Notes under the pieces: model-generated
Database searches by the model: none
The model's input: only the letters and a program-made list of their open reading frames with translations
Told to the model about the DNA's origin: nothing
Program-made: the position numbers and the translations under genes
Assembly (NCBI GenBank): GCA_965219095.1
Contig: CBDCMT010000001.1
Span: 1,984,001 to 2,048,000, forward strand
DNA from: Bdellovibrionales bacterium
GTDB taxonomy: Bacteria; Bdellovibrionota; Bdellovibrionia; Bdellovibrionales; UBA1609
Length of the DNA: 64,000 bases
Direction: 5' to 3'
Shown: positions 10,293-20,416 of the stretch, one piece after another
How the letters are laid out: each line of letters begins with the position of its first letter
Position numbering within the stretch: position 1 is the first letter of the stretch

Positions 10293-11341
10293 TGGCTAGC
10301 ATGGCTCAAGGGATTCGTATGGCCCTTCATTATGCAGAAGAAAATCTAGAACTAAAAGATGTTTTCGGTCAAGACGTAGGGCCTCCCTTAGGAGGTGTTT
10401 TTACAGCTACACAAGGGTTAAAGACCTCTTGGAATACACCCCTTGATGAAAGAGGGATTATTGGTTGTGCTATAGGGATTGGTTTGACAGGGCAACGCTG
10501 TGTTGCTGAGATTCAGTTTTGCGATTATATTTTTAACACTGTTGACCTTTTAAAGTTAGCAGGAGGAATTCTCTGGTCCTCTTATGGGCAGTACCCTTTA
10601 CCTATAGTGGTAATGACTCCTGTAGGAGCAGGTATTCATGGATCCATTTATCATAGTCATAGTGTAGATGCTTTAGCCACAAGGCTTCCTGGTTGGAAAA
10701 TAGTGATGCCTTCCTGTCCTTTAGATGCTTATGGACTTATGCTTTCTGCCATTAAAGATCCTAATCCTGTTTTATTTTTAAAACCGAAAGCTCTCTTACG
10801 TTTAAAGGGAGACCAACTTATTCCGGGAGAGCCTGAGAATCAGAAGCAATTAAAAGATATGATTGATGCTCCCATAGGAGAACGTTCTCATTGGAAGCCA
10901 CAATGGCCTGAGTTAAAGGAGTATTTTGTTGAAATAGGGAAGGCAGATAAAGTGTTAGAAGGTTCTGACATAACAGTGGTAAGCTATGGACGAAGTCTTA
11001 TTTTAGCTAAAGAGGCGGTAAAAGAGTTAAAGGATGTTTCTGTGGAACTTATTGATTTACGTTCTCTTTTTCCCTATGATTGGTTTATGATTTCAGAAAG
11101 TATCAAGAAGACAAAAAAAGTTTTGTTTTTGAATGAAGACACAGATGTGAGCAATTTTGGAGAGCATTTAGCTTATAGAGTAACTCGAGAGCTTTTTTAC
11201 AATCTCTTAGCAAGGCCGAAAGTTTTAGCTGGTAAGAATCTCCCTGGTATTGGGCTTTCTAGTGTTCTAGAAGACAATACTGTTCCTCAGATTTCAGATA
11301 TTGTTCAAGCTATAAAAGAGCTTGTTAGTGAGGTGCCTTGA
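10292..11341 (+). CDS. 2-oxoacid dehydrogenase E1 beta
   Basis: TAATG overlap with the alpha gene; GGVFTATQGL, NTPLDERGI, AEIQFCDY, YHSHS, ELIDLRSL. Confidence 0.92.
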   Translation: MASMAQGIRMALHYAEENLELKDVFGQDVGPPLGGVFTATQGLKTSWNTPLDERGIIGCAIGIGLTGQRCVAEIQFCDYIFNTVDLLKLAGGILWSSYGQYPLPIVVMTPVGAGIHGSIYHSHSVDALATRLPGWKIVMPSCPLDAYGLMLSAIKDPNPVLFLKPKALLRLKGDQLIPGEPENQKQLKDMIDAPIGERSHWKPQWPELKEYFVEIGKADKVLEGSDITVVSYGRSLILAKEAVKELKDVSVELIDLRSLFPYDWFMISESIKKTKKVLFLNEDTDVSNFGEHLAYRVTRELFYNLLARPKVLAGKNLPGIGLSSVLEDNTVPQISDIVQAIKELVSEVP

Positions 11342-11500
11342 TAAGGAAAGATAAGAAAGTTTTGGTATTAGAAAGCAGGAGTTGGAAACAAAGTTTGTGC
11401 TTTTATCAATTAGCTAAAAAAGTTAATAAGAAGGGAGTTTTTGTTTAGTTTTTATCCTTATTGCTTAGGGAGGTATATTTAAAACGGAATATAGATAGGT

Positions 11501-12307
11501 GTGGAAATGAAAAACAAAAGACCTTTTGATAAATATGCTCTTTATGAAAAAGCTGTTCAATCTCCTGAAGAAGATGTTTTATTTGCTAGAAAAACCTATT
11601 GTGAGCTAAAAAAGACAAATCCTAAAACTTTAAGAGAGGATTTTTGTGGGACCTTTCAGCTTTGTTGTGAATGGGTTAAGTTAAAAAAAGATCATAAAGC
11701 TTGTGGAATTGATGTTGATTCAAAGCCTCTTCATTATGGAAAAACTCATCACTTTTTAGACCTTTCTGAAGATCAAAAAAGAAGGATTGAGATTTATAAA
11801 AAAAGTGTTTTAGCTTCTAATCTTCCTAAGGTGGATATTGCTTTAGCCCAAAACTTTTCCTACTATTTATTTAAAGAAAGAAAGGATTTAAAAAAGTACT
11901 TTAAAAATGTTCACAAACATTTAAATCAGAAAGGAGTGTTTTTTTTGGATGCTTTTGGTGGTCCTGATAGCGAAATTGAGAGCGAGGATCAAGTTGATCA
12001 CGGCGATTTTGTATATTATTGGGAACAAGAACATTTCAATCCTGTTACACGATCTATAATATGTTCTATTCATTTTAAAAAAAAGTATCAGAAAAAAAAG
12101 AGGTCTGTGTTTGTTTATGATTGGAGGCTGTGGACTCTTGCTGAACTTATTGACTTACTCAAAGAGGTGGGTTTTCAAAAGATTCATTGCTATTGGGAAG
12201 GAGTAGATTCACAGGGTGAGGGAAACGGGATCTTTAAGCTTGTCAAAAAAGAAAAGGACTGTGAGGCCTGTGAATCTTGGGTGACTTACCTTGTATGTGA
12301 AAAATAG
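11501..12307 (+). CDS. Class I SAM-dependent methyltransferase
   Basis: LYEKAVQSP, LREDFCGT, GIDVD, F.YDWRLWTLAE. Confidence 0.8.
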   Translation: MEMKNKRPFDKYALYEKAVQSPEEDVLFARKTYCELKKTNPKTLREDFCGTFQLCCEWVKLKKDHKACGIDVDSKPLHYGKTHHFLDLSEDQKRRIEIYKKSVLASNLPKVDIALAQNFSYYLFKERKDLKKYFKNVHKHLNQKGVFFLDAFGGPDSEIESEDQVDHGDFVYYWEQEHFNPVTRSIICSIHFKKKYQKKKRSVFVYDWRLWTLAELIDLLKEVGFQKIHCYWEGVDSQGEGNGIFKLVKKEKDCEACESWVTYLVCEK

Positions 12308-12562
12308 CTGGAAGTTGTATTTATTACTTCTTATCAAGTTTTGACTGTAAAAAAGAAAGGTCTTATAAATGAAAAATAAAAGCTAAACATACAAAAAATT
12401 GAAAAAAGACTTTGTAAAATTTTTATTCTTTTTTTTTATAACTACGATTCTTTGGGGTTTTACGAATTTTTTTACATTTTTTCTTGATATTTGAGGATCT
12501 TTCTTGTATAAATAAAATAAGTTTATTTTATTGCTTCAAAAGCTACGCAAAGGAGAAAAAAT

Positions 12563-13288
12563 ATGTATGTAATGATAAAACTAATATTTAAGTATATTTT
12601 TTTGCCATTTTTAATTCTAGGAATGGCTGTTTCAAAAACATCTTCTGATCTTTGTTATGAGCTTTTTAAAGAAGGTGAAGAAATTAAAATAGAAGAACAA
12701 GCTCAGAGACAAGATAAAGAAAAAATCCTTAAAATCTATCAAAATAAAGCTAATCTTAATTTAAGTAGTAAAAATTACGAGGAAGCTATAGAATATTACA
12801 ACAAAATTATAAAGCTTGCCCCTAAAAGTGAACTTGCTTATTTGCATTATTTATATAGGGGTATTGCTAAATCAGAGTTGAAAAACCAAAGGGGAGCTCT
12901 TGTAGATATCAGTAAATCTATAAATCTCAACCCTCAATGTGTTTTATCCTACTACATGAAAGGTGTCGTAAAAGGGATTTTAAAATGGTATGATGGAGCT
13001 ATAGAAGCTTATAATAAAGCTTTGCAATTAGATCACCAGTTCTTTGAAGCACATCATAACTTAGCTATCATATATTCTAAATTAGGATATTATCGAAAGG
13101 CATTAAAGCATTTCAATGAGGCCATTAAGAATAATTCAGAAGATTCCCGTGTCTATTACAATAAAGCGGTTACGCTCGTTAATATGAAACGCAAAAAAGA
13201 CGTACTAACAAATATTAAGAGGGCTATAAAATTGAACTCTAATTTTAGGGAAGCTTTCCTTTTGAAAAACTGGTATGAATCAAGATAG
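12563..13288 (+). CDS. TPR-repeat protein with N-terminal signal peptide
   Basis: Hydrophobic N-terminus; about 5 TPR motifs (YEEAIEYYNKII, AIEAYNKALQLD, AHHNLA, VYYNKA). Confidence 0.85.
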   Translation: MYVMIKLIFKYIFLPFLILGMAVSKTSSDLCYELFKEGEEIKIEEQAQRQDKEKILKIYQNKANLNLSSKNYEEAIEYYNKIIKLAPKSELAYLHYLYRGIAKSELKNQRGALVDISKSINLNPQCVLSYYMKGVVKGILKWYDGAIEAYNKALQLDHQFFEAHHNLAIIYSKLGYYRKALKHFNEAIKNNSEDSRVYYNKAVTLVNMKRKKDVLTNIKRAIKLNSNFREAFLLKNWYESR

Positions 13289-13384
13289 TGTGACGTTAAG
13301 GCATTGTTAAAAATAACTTAGACACTTTTAGTGGGGTAGTATTTTATAATTCCACTTGCCATGAAATGCTTCTCTCTTAATTTT

Positions 13385-13422
13385 GGCTCCTCCCGGGAAC
13401 CCACAGATTCTTTTGAGGAGCC
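13385..13422. mobile_element. 38-bp ISL3-derived mini-element (left tip fused to right tip)
   Basis: ggctcctcccgggaa (ISL3 left end) joined to cccacagattcttttgaggagcc (ISL3 right end). Confidence 0.85.
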
Positions 13423-13427
13423 AGATT

Positions 13428-14948
13428 GCCTCCTCAAAAGAATCTGTGGGTTCCCGGAGGTTCTGGCAGTTTTCCAAGGTTATGATATAAGGCGATTTTT
13501 ATAGCTTTAGAGGTTCTAAAGCCGTAAGATTTTCTCATAGTGAGTTTTACTTTGTTGTTTAAACCCTCTACAATCCCTGAGGAGAAGGTTTTTTTAGCCT
13601 TGAAGTAATTAAGAATAAGTAGCTTATGTCTTCGTATGGTTTTTGCTTCTCTTTTCATAGGTTCAATTTTTGAAAGCATGACTCGTCTCGTCCAACTGTC
13701 TATAAATTTACCAGCCCAAGTTGGTGAAACATAGGTCCATAACTGTCGGAAGTCTTCTTTTAAAAAATAACAGCGGATACTTTTTAAATTGTACTGTATT
13801 AAATGCCTTAATTTTACTTTTTCATAAGATTTTAAATTTTCTGCATTTTTTAACAAGGGCCATCTAGCTTTTGTTAAAAGGGGTTCATACCCATCTTCTT
13901 TCATTTTTTTGTGTTCTGAAGCTCTCACTTCGTCTAAAGCCTTATTGAGTCTTGCTACGATATGAAACCGATCTAATATGTGTAAAGTTCCACTTGCCCT
14001 CTCCTTTATGACTTTTAAATAAGGCTTCCACATGTCAGAGCACACAAACCGTATCTCTTTTGACTTCTCTCCTAGTAAATCAAAGAATTTTCTAAAACTC
14101 TTTTCTGTTCGTTTCTCTCCTATCCACAACAAGCGTACACGGGTTTTGCTTATTTCATAGACTAAGGTGAGATACTGATGGTTCTTTTTCCATTGTATTT
14201 CATCTACACCTATAGCTTGTATTCCCTTTAAAACCCTTTGTTTTAAACCATATTCTACGACCCATTCTACCGAAGCATAGACCTGATTCCAACTGACATG
14301 AAACTTACAAGAAACCTCTTTCCAAGACAGGTGACGACACCAGTCTGCTAAATACTTCATGTAAAAGATCGTTAAACTCTTCTTACCATCGGCCCAAGGT
14401 AAATACTCAACTTTTACCCCACAGCAAGGACAATTAACTCTTCTTACAAAATAAACAAAAAACACCCTGTAACTTAAAATAGGAAGGGATTCAAAGTCCC
14501 GTGATGATTTACTGCTGTCATACACTGAACAGGGCTTCTTACAAACACTACAAAAAGCTTGGCCATTTTTACGAGCCTTAATAGGAACATTAATTGACTT
14601 TCTATCTTTTGAAAAATAAATGTCTTCGTACACAAAAGACTTCCATCTTAAACAATCATTTAGTATAGTCTTCAAAAGCATCTCTTCCCTCCTTTTTTTT
14701 TTTTTTTGAATAACATTTTAAGGCATCTGGGAAGTAGGTGCTTCTTTTTTAAAATTTTAATGTAACACAGCAAATAAAAGCAAATAAAATGAATGTTTTT
14801 GAGTTCAATCACCGGAGGTGATAGAGGCCAGTAAGGGCCTCAAAGAACTCAAAAATACAAGATAGGATGTCTTACTCTTACTTTGATTAATATGAGCCTT
14901 TTTGGGGGATTTCTACTACTTTTCACCCACAGATTCCCGGGAGGAGCC
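13428..14948 (-). mobile_element. ISL3-family element, copy 1 (1521 bp)
   Basis: Near-identical inverted copy of 54611-56130; IRs ggctcctcccgggaatctgtggg / gcctcctcaaaagaatctgtggg. Confidence 0.95.
13434..14681 (-). CDS. ISL3 transposase
   Basis: CxxC zinc finger, IGVDEI, CSDMWKPY, LDRFHI, SGIVEGLNNKVK...YGFR. Confidence 0.96.
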   Translation of the reverse strand: MLLKTILNDCLRWKSFVYEDIYFSKDRKSINVPIKARKNGQAFCSVCKKPCSVYDSSKSSRDFESLPILSYRVFFVYFVRRVNCPCCGVKVEYLPWADGKKSLTIFYMKYLADWCRHLSWKEVSCKFHVSWNQVYASVEWVVEYGLKQRVLKGIQAIGVDEIQWKKNHQYLTLVYEISKTRVRLLWIGEKRTEKSFRKFFDLLGEKSKEIRFVCSDMWKPYLKVIKERASGTLHILDRFHIVARLNKALDEVRASEHKKMKEDGYEPLLTKARWPLLKNAENLKSYEKVKLRHLIQYNLKSIRCYFLKEDFRQLWTYVSPTWAGKFIDSWTRRVMLSKIEPMKREAKTIRRHKLLILNYFKAKKTFSSGIVEGLNNKVKLTMRKSYGFRTSKAIKIALYHNLGKLPEPPGTHRFF

Positions 14949-16380
14949 TAAAGATTTAATAGAAACTGGAAGAAAAAAAGAGGCTATAAACCAAGTACTC
15001 CGTGAGGTGGTTTTTATGAGAGTTTTCTCTCCTTCAAGCAAGCTAAGAAGCTGTTCTCTAATAGAGAAGTTCTTTAGTAAACAAATATCTCATAAACAGG
15101 TCTTGACTATGATGGATAGAGTTTTTAAAGAGGAGGATGTTTTGAGGCAAAAGGTTTTCGAATCTCTAGCATCCAAAGGTTCGGACTTTAATGTTTTACT
15201 GTTTGATGTAACAACCCTATATTTTGAATCTACCATGCAGGGAGAATTAAGGGACTTTGGTTATAGCAAGGACGGAAAGTTTAATGAAACTCAAGTGGTT
15301 TTGGCTGTGCTAGCCAATACAGAGGGTTTGCCTTTAGCTTACGAGGTGTTTCCTGGTTGCACATCAGAGACCAAGACTTTGCAATTTGTTTTAAACCAAG
15401 CTGTAAAGAAGTATAAGGTAAAACGAATTCGTGTGGTGGCTGATAGAGCTATGTTTTCAGATAGCAATTTTAAGTTTTTTGAAAGTTTAAATAAGAAAGG
15501 AATTGAGGCTGAGTATGTGGTATCCTGCCCTTTAAAGAAACTACCTAAAGAGAAAAAAGAAAAAATTTTTGAATTTAAAGAACTTAAAAAAGAGAGCCAA
15601 AATTCTGAAGTTTATGAGTTTTCCTACAAGAATCGCAAGGTATTTGTTTCTTACAGTGAAAAGCGGAGATTACAGGATGAAAAAAAACGACAAAGATTGT
15701 TAGAAAAACTCAAAAAAATTTGTAAAGACGGTAAAATTTCAGCCACTAAGTTAGTAAGTAATCGTGGGGTTCGAAAATACCTTAAAACTCTAAAAGGAAG
15801 TGTTCAGATAGATGCAGATAAAATCTTTCAGGACAGCCTTTGGGATGGCCTCTATGGAGTTTGCTCTAACATAGAATGTGAAACAAATAGGAAACCTTTA
15901 GAATTATACCGGTCACTTTGGAAAATTGAAGAACTGTTTCGTATTAACAAGCATACCTTGAAGATGCGTCCTATCTATCACAGACTCTCTGAAAGAATTA
16001 AATCTCATCTTTTTATTTGTTTTTTGGCTTACACTGTCTTGAAGTATGTAGAACTCTCTTTAAAAAAAGCTACTCTTCATTACAGCCTTAATGAGCTTAT
16101 TGATACTTTAAAAGAGGTTGAATCTTTTGTGATTGGAGACAAAATGAAAAAACCTTCTGTCTCCTATTTTGTCCCCAGAGCTTTATCCAAAGAAGCCAAA
16201 CAGATTTATGCTGTATTTAAAAAAGATTACATAAAAAAACCTTTTCGCATAGAAAACTCTTCCTAAACTTAAAATAACCCATCTAAAACCTAGTATGTCT
16301 AAAATCTGGAGGCAATCCAGAAAAATCTAATATATTCAAATACTTATGAATTTTATCGTTTGTTAAAGGGCGAACTCAGG
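14949..16380 (+). mobile_element. IS1634-family element, 5' part lost at the ISL3 junction
   Basis: ORF to 16266 with LLFDVTTLYFES, GYSKDGK, VADRAM, WKIEELFR..MRPIYH; right end ...gggcgaactcagg at 16380; first codons of ORF 14902 are ISL3 sequence. Confidence 0.88.
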
Positions 16381-16974
16381 ATACAATTTCTTTTTGTTTC
16401 TTTTTATCCCCTAACTCTCTATAGATTTTTAATAAAAGCTCATTAGCTGAATCCCAAAGATCATCTTTATTAATTTTCTGTAAATAGGAGAGAGCTTTTT
16501 TAGGATTATCACAAGAAAACCACATCCATCCTAATTTAAAGAGGTCGATTTCATAATCGCTTTCATCCCCAAGCTTGATAGCTTTTTCGTAAAGAAGGGG
16601 ATCTTCCACAGACCATGCCATACGTTGTAACAAAACGGTGCTACGTATTTTTTTAGATTTATAAAGCTTCCAAAATTTATCTATAATTCTTTTTATCTCT
16701 TTTTTAGGTAGAAATTCGCTTATTCCGATACTCAGTTCGTTACGAAGTTCATGCTCATCTTTAATAACTAAATCAAAGAAAATATCAGAAACCCATTTTT
16801 TATTCTTACATTGTTTTGCATACTTTTTGAAAATACCTGTTGCATTATAGTTAAAAATTTCTCCGACTTTTCCATAGGTATCTTCACAAGATTTCATAAT
16901 CTTATCGCCCGCCTCAAAAAACTCTTTTATTAAAGATAGGCTCTCTTCAGGAGTAAGATCTGACTCTTTTAGAC
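16381..16974 (-). pseudogene. Internal fragment of a helical-repeat protein (DUF6880-like)
   Basis: FFEAG..IMKSCEDTYGKVGEIF motif; both ends cut by IS sequence, stop codon supplied by the IS1634 IR. Confidence 0.55.
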
Positions 16975-17192
16975 AAACAACATTGCTCATAAAAGTCATC
17001 CGCTTGTCATTTACTCTAAAATCAAGGGGGCTTCTTTTTTGTGTGCTGAACATATCTTTTGGCCTCATCTTTTTCCCTTTCTGTTTTGCAAGGTTTTTTA
17101 TCTGTTTTTCCATTTCCTTGTAATTATTTTTATGCAAAAATTACAAAAAAACAAGTGTTTTTAGCTGTTTGTGCATTTTTCACATTCGACTA
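16975..17192 (-). mobile_element. IS5-family left-end remnant
   Basis: Highly similar to 44739-44956; IR tagtcgaatgtgaaaaatgcacaaa. Confidence 0.75.
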
Positions 17193-17248
17193 AATAAGGT
17201 ATTAAAATTATTGATATTACCCTATTTACAGGCTACACTACCCCTATT

Positions 17249-17500
17249 ATGAAGTCTTTAAATACCAACTTTATTGAGAACCTTAATTTTACCAGTTTTC
17301 ACCTCACAGAGCTAAGAAAATTAGGAGAATATAGAGGGAAGCAAGAGCTTTTTAGTAAGCAGTCAAAAGAAACACTTTTATCTCTTAAAGAGCACGCCAT
17401 TATTGAGTCTGTAGAATCCTCTAATCGTTTAGAGCAAATTATTGCTCCTAAGGAAAGAATTAAGAATCTTGTGGCAAAAAGCACTTCACCTAAAAATCGC
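17249..17500 (+). pseudogene. Fic-family protein, N-terminal fragment
   Basis: LGEYRGKQELF...AIIESVESSNRLE...PKNR; truncated by an ISL3 right-end fragment. Confidence 0.75.
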
Positions 17501-17564
17501 TTTATATCATAACCTTGGAAAACTGCCAGAACCTCCGGGAACCCACAGATTCTTTTGAGGAGGC
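17491..17564 (+). mobile_element. ISL3 right-end remnant
   Basis: Matches 56057-56130 with 2 mismatches. Confidence 0.9.
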
Positions 17565-17600
17565 TAAATTTCTAAAAGTAAAAATCCAAACTTATACATG

Positions 17601-17630
17601 AAAATGTAGAATTAACTTTTGGAATTGGTA
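17601..17630 (+). mobile_element. Degenerate IS630 (type C) right IR followed by TA
   Basis: aaaatgtagaattaacttttggaattggta resembles 56172-56201. Confidence 0.6.
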
Positions 17631-17984
17631 TAACTCTAAACATTTCACTTTTATTCTTTTTAATATAAAAATAATTTAATAAAATGACCTGGATTAAAGG
17701 CTTGAAAATTGTGAAAAAAATTACTGGTCAGAACACTAGGTGGACTTAAAAATCCACCAGGGAGTCCTCTTATCTGCTCCATTTTGGAGTAGAATTCCAC
17801 CGAGAAATGGGACATCCTCCCTTATAATTGTCAAATTTCTAAAAACAAGAACATTGAAAGTACATTTTTTCGTGCCACTATATTATTTTTTTAAGAAAGT
17901 TTTGGTGGAATATGTACTTTAGAAAATTAAAATTTAAGTTTGTCATTGAAAAAACTTGTGTGAAAAAAATTAAAAATTAAAAAT

Positions 17985-18407
17985 TTAAAATATTTTTTTC
18001 GTTCTTTTAGAAAAATGATGATCTAAAGACAAAAACTTTCCTCCTCCAAGGAGGAAAAGAGCAAGTAAGCTGAGGGTATAGAGTAGAGGCAATTCTATTT
18101 TAGGGCTTCCAAAGGGGGTAAGTTTAAAAACTTCATGGGAGTGAGCTAAAAAAATGGCCATGAGCATAGTGAACATCATAATTAGAGAAGAAAGTCTGAC
18201 TTTGAGACCTATTATAAGGCATAAAGGAGCTATCACTTCACCAATGTATATTCCATAAGAGAGTACTTCGGGAAAGCCCCTTGTGATAAGTATTTCTTTA
18301 ATACCTGAAATACCATGGGTGAGTTTATGAAAGCCATGAGAGAATATCAGAAAACCTAAAGTAAGTCTTAAAATCAATTTCCCAAAGTTATCTTTTTTAG
18401 TGATAAT
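17985..18407 (-). CDS. DoxX-family membrane protein (possible ATT start; otherwise TTG 18377)
   Basis: GKLILRL..HGFHKL, GEVIAP..IIGLKVR, ELPLLY...GGGKFLSLD; AAGGAG upstream of the ATT. Confidence 0.88.
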   Translation of the reverse strand: MITKKDNFGKLILRLTLGFLIFSHGFHKLTHGISGIKEILITRGFPEVLSYGIYIGEVIAPLCLIIGLKVRLSSLIMMFTMLMAIFLAHSHEVFKLTPFGSPKIELPLLYTLSLLALFLLGGGKFLSLDHHFSKRTKKIF

Positions 18408-18864
18408 TTTTCCTCTCCTTTTCTAAGCTTATTATGAAAGATAGTAAAGGAAAAGTAAATAGAAGTTTGAGTGTGTGTGTTGTAGTTTTCGAGAAAGGAT
18501 TTTGATCAAATAAGTGACGCAATGTAAAAGGAGCCATTTGATTTCTAAAAAGCTCTCTTTCTTAGTCATTAACCTTTCAAAGTAATATGACCTTCCTTTT
18601 ATCAAATTTTCTTTTTTAGAGTGATTTAAAGTTACAGCACAAAAAAATACCCTCGAAAAAGTTTTCAAAAGGATGGATTTTACTTCATACTTAAATTTTT
18701 TGTTAAAGCAGGTTTAAAGCCCTTCAACATGATGCTGTGCATTAAATCTATAGTGTATATAAAATTTTTTATTGTGAAATATGAAAAATTATTTTAAAAT
18801 GATTCCTTAGGGAATTTTTAAAAAAAAGTTATTGGAATAGAAATTAAAAAAGGAGAAAGAATTT

Positions 18865-20055
18865 ATGGCAAAAGAAACATTTAAGAGGGAAAAACCTCAT
18901 GTCAATATAGGAACTATTGGTCATGTTGATCATGGCAAGACAACATTAACTGCAGCTGTTACGTCTGTTTTAAGTGCTAAGGGTGGTGCAGAGAAAATGG
19001 CTTTTGATCAAATTGATAAAGCTCCAGAAGAAAAGGAAAGAGGGATTACTATTTCCACATCTCATGTGGAGTATGAAACAGACAAACGTCACTATGCTCA
19101 TGTAGACTGTCCAGGCCATGCGGACTATGTTAAGAATATGATCACAGGTGCTGCTCAAATGGACGGTGCTATTTTAGTTGTTTCGGCAACAGACGGCCCT
19201 ATGCCTCAAACAAGAGAGCATATTCTTTTAGCCCGCCAAGTGGGAGTTCCTGCTATTGTAGTGTTTATGAATAAAGTGGATCAGGTTGATGATCCTGAAC
19301 TTTTAGATCTTGTGGAACTTGAAATTCGTGAGCTTCTTTCTAAATACGAATTCCCAGGAGATGAAACTCCAATTATAAGAGGATCTGCACTTAAGGCTCT
19401 TGAAGGTGAGAAGAGCGAGATGGCTGATCAAGCGATTACAAAGTTAATGGAGGCTTGTGATAATTTTATTCCTGAGCCTGTTCGTGATGTTGATAAACCT
19501 TTCCTTATGCCAGTGGAAGATGTATTTTCTATTTCTGGACGTGGAACTGTTGTGACAGGTCGTGTGGAAAGTGGTGTTGTCAAAGTTGGTGAAGAGGTGG
19601 ATATTGTAGGTATTAAGAAGACGTCAAAGACGACGGTCACAGGAGTTGAAATGTTCAGAAAGCTCTTAGATGAGGGAAGAGCTGGTGATAACTGTGGATG
19701 CCTTTTACGAGGTTTGAAAAAGGATGAGGTTCAAAGAGGGCAAGTTTTAGCTAAACCAGGAACCATCACACCTCATAAGAAATTCAAGTGTGAGGCTTAT
19801 ATTTTAACAAAAGAGGAGGGTGGACGGCATACACCTTTTTTTAATGGCTATAGACCTCAGTTTTATTTTAGAACCACAGATGTAACAGGTGTGGTGACTT
19901 TAAAAGAAGGTACTGAAATGGTGATGCCAGGGGATAAAGTGGAAATGAATGCTGATTTGATCACTCCTATTGCTATGGATAAAGAGCTTCGTTTTGCTAT
20001 CCGTGAAGGAGGTCGTACTGTAGGTGCTGGAGTGGTTACTGAGATTGTTGAGTAA
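18865..20055 (+). CDS. tuf: Elongation factor Tu
   Basis: [36 protein letters not shown]. Confidence 0.99.
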   Translation: MAKETFKREKPHVNIGTIGHVDHGKTTLTAAVTSVLSAKGGAEKMAFDQIDKAPEEKERGITISTSHVEYETDKRHYAHVDCPGHADYVKNMITGAAQMDGAILVVSATDGPMPQTREHILLARQVGVPAIVVFMNKVDQVDDPELLDLVELEIRELLSKYEFPGDETPIIRGSALKALEGEKSEMADQAITKLMEACDNFIPEPVRDVDKPFLMPVEDVFSISGRGTVVTGRVESGVVKVGEEVDIVGIKKTSKTTVTGVEMFRKLLDEGRAGDNCGCLLRGLKKDEVQRGQVLAKPGTITPHKKFKCEAYILTKEEGGRHTPFFNGYRPQFYFRTTDVTGVVTLKEGTEMVMPGDKVEMNADLITPIAMDKELRFAIREGGRTVGAGVVTEIVE

Positions 20056-20085
20056 ACTTTAGCTGCCTGAAGGGTTTAGAAAAGG

Positions 20086-20161
20086 AGGGCAGTAGCTTTA
20101 GTGGTAGAGCAACGGACTCCAAATCCGTAGGTTGTGGGTTCGAATCCCTCCTGCCCTGCCA
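20086..20161 (+). tRNA. tRNA-Trp(CCA)
   Basis: Acceptor agggcag/ctgccct, anticodon arm acgga-ctCCAaa-tccgt, GGTTCGAATCC, encoded CCA. Confidence 0.97.
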
Positions 20162-20416
20162 TTCTTAAACAAATTGAAAGTCTCTGAAATAATTCCAAAT
20201 AGTAAGTATCAGAAAGAAATAAACAACAGTAGGTCTTGATCTAAGTCAGAAAATTTTGGAACATTTCAAAAGTTTGTGGCAAATTTATAACAAGGACTTT
20301 AAAATTTCAAAATAATGATGCCTAAAAAGAAGATCTAGAAAAGATATGATTTGATATTTTAAAAGCGACTTCTAGATGTGAAAATAGATGTGAAAAGCCA
20401 ACTATTTTGTTTTTCT

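Noticed and set aside
13299..13384. ggcattgttaaaaataa as a possible IS6-like end
   Set aside because: No partner IR or transposase remnant
18432..18668. 78-aa ORF upstream of doxX
   Set aside because: No SD or motif; lies in the divergent doxX/tuf promoter region
20373..20396. 12-bp tandem repeat tagatgtgaaaa x2
   Set aside because: Only two units in decayed DNA; probably slippage
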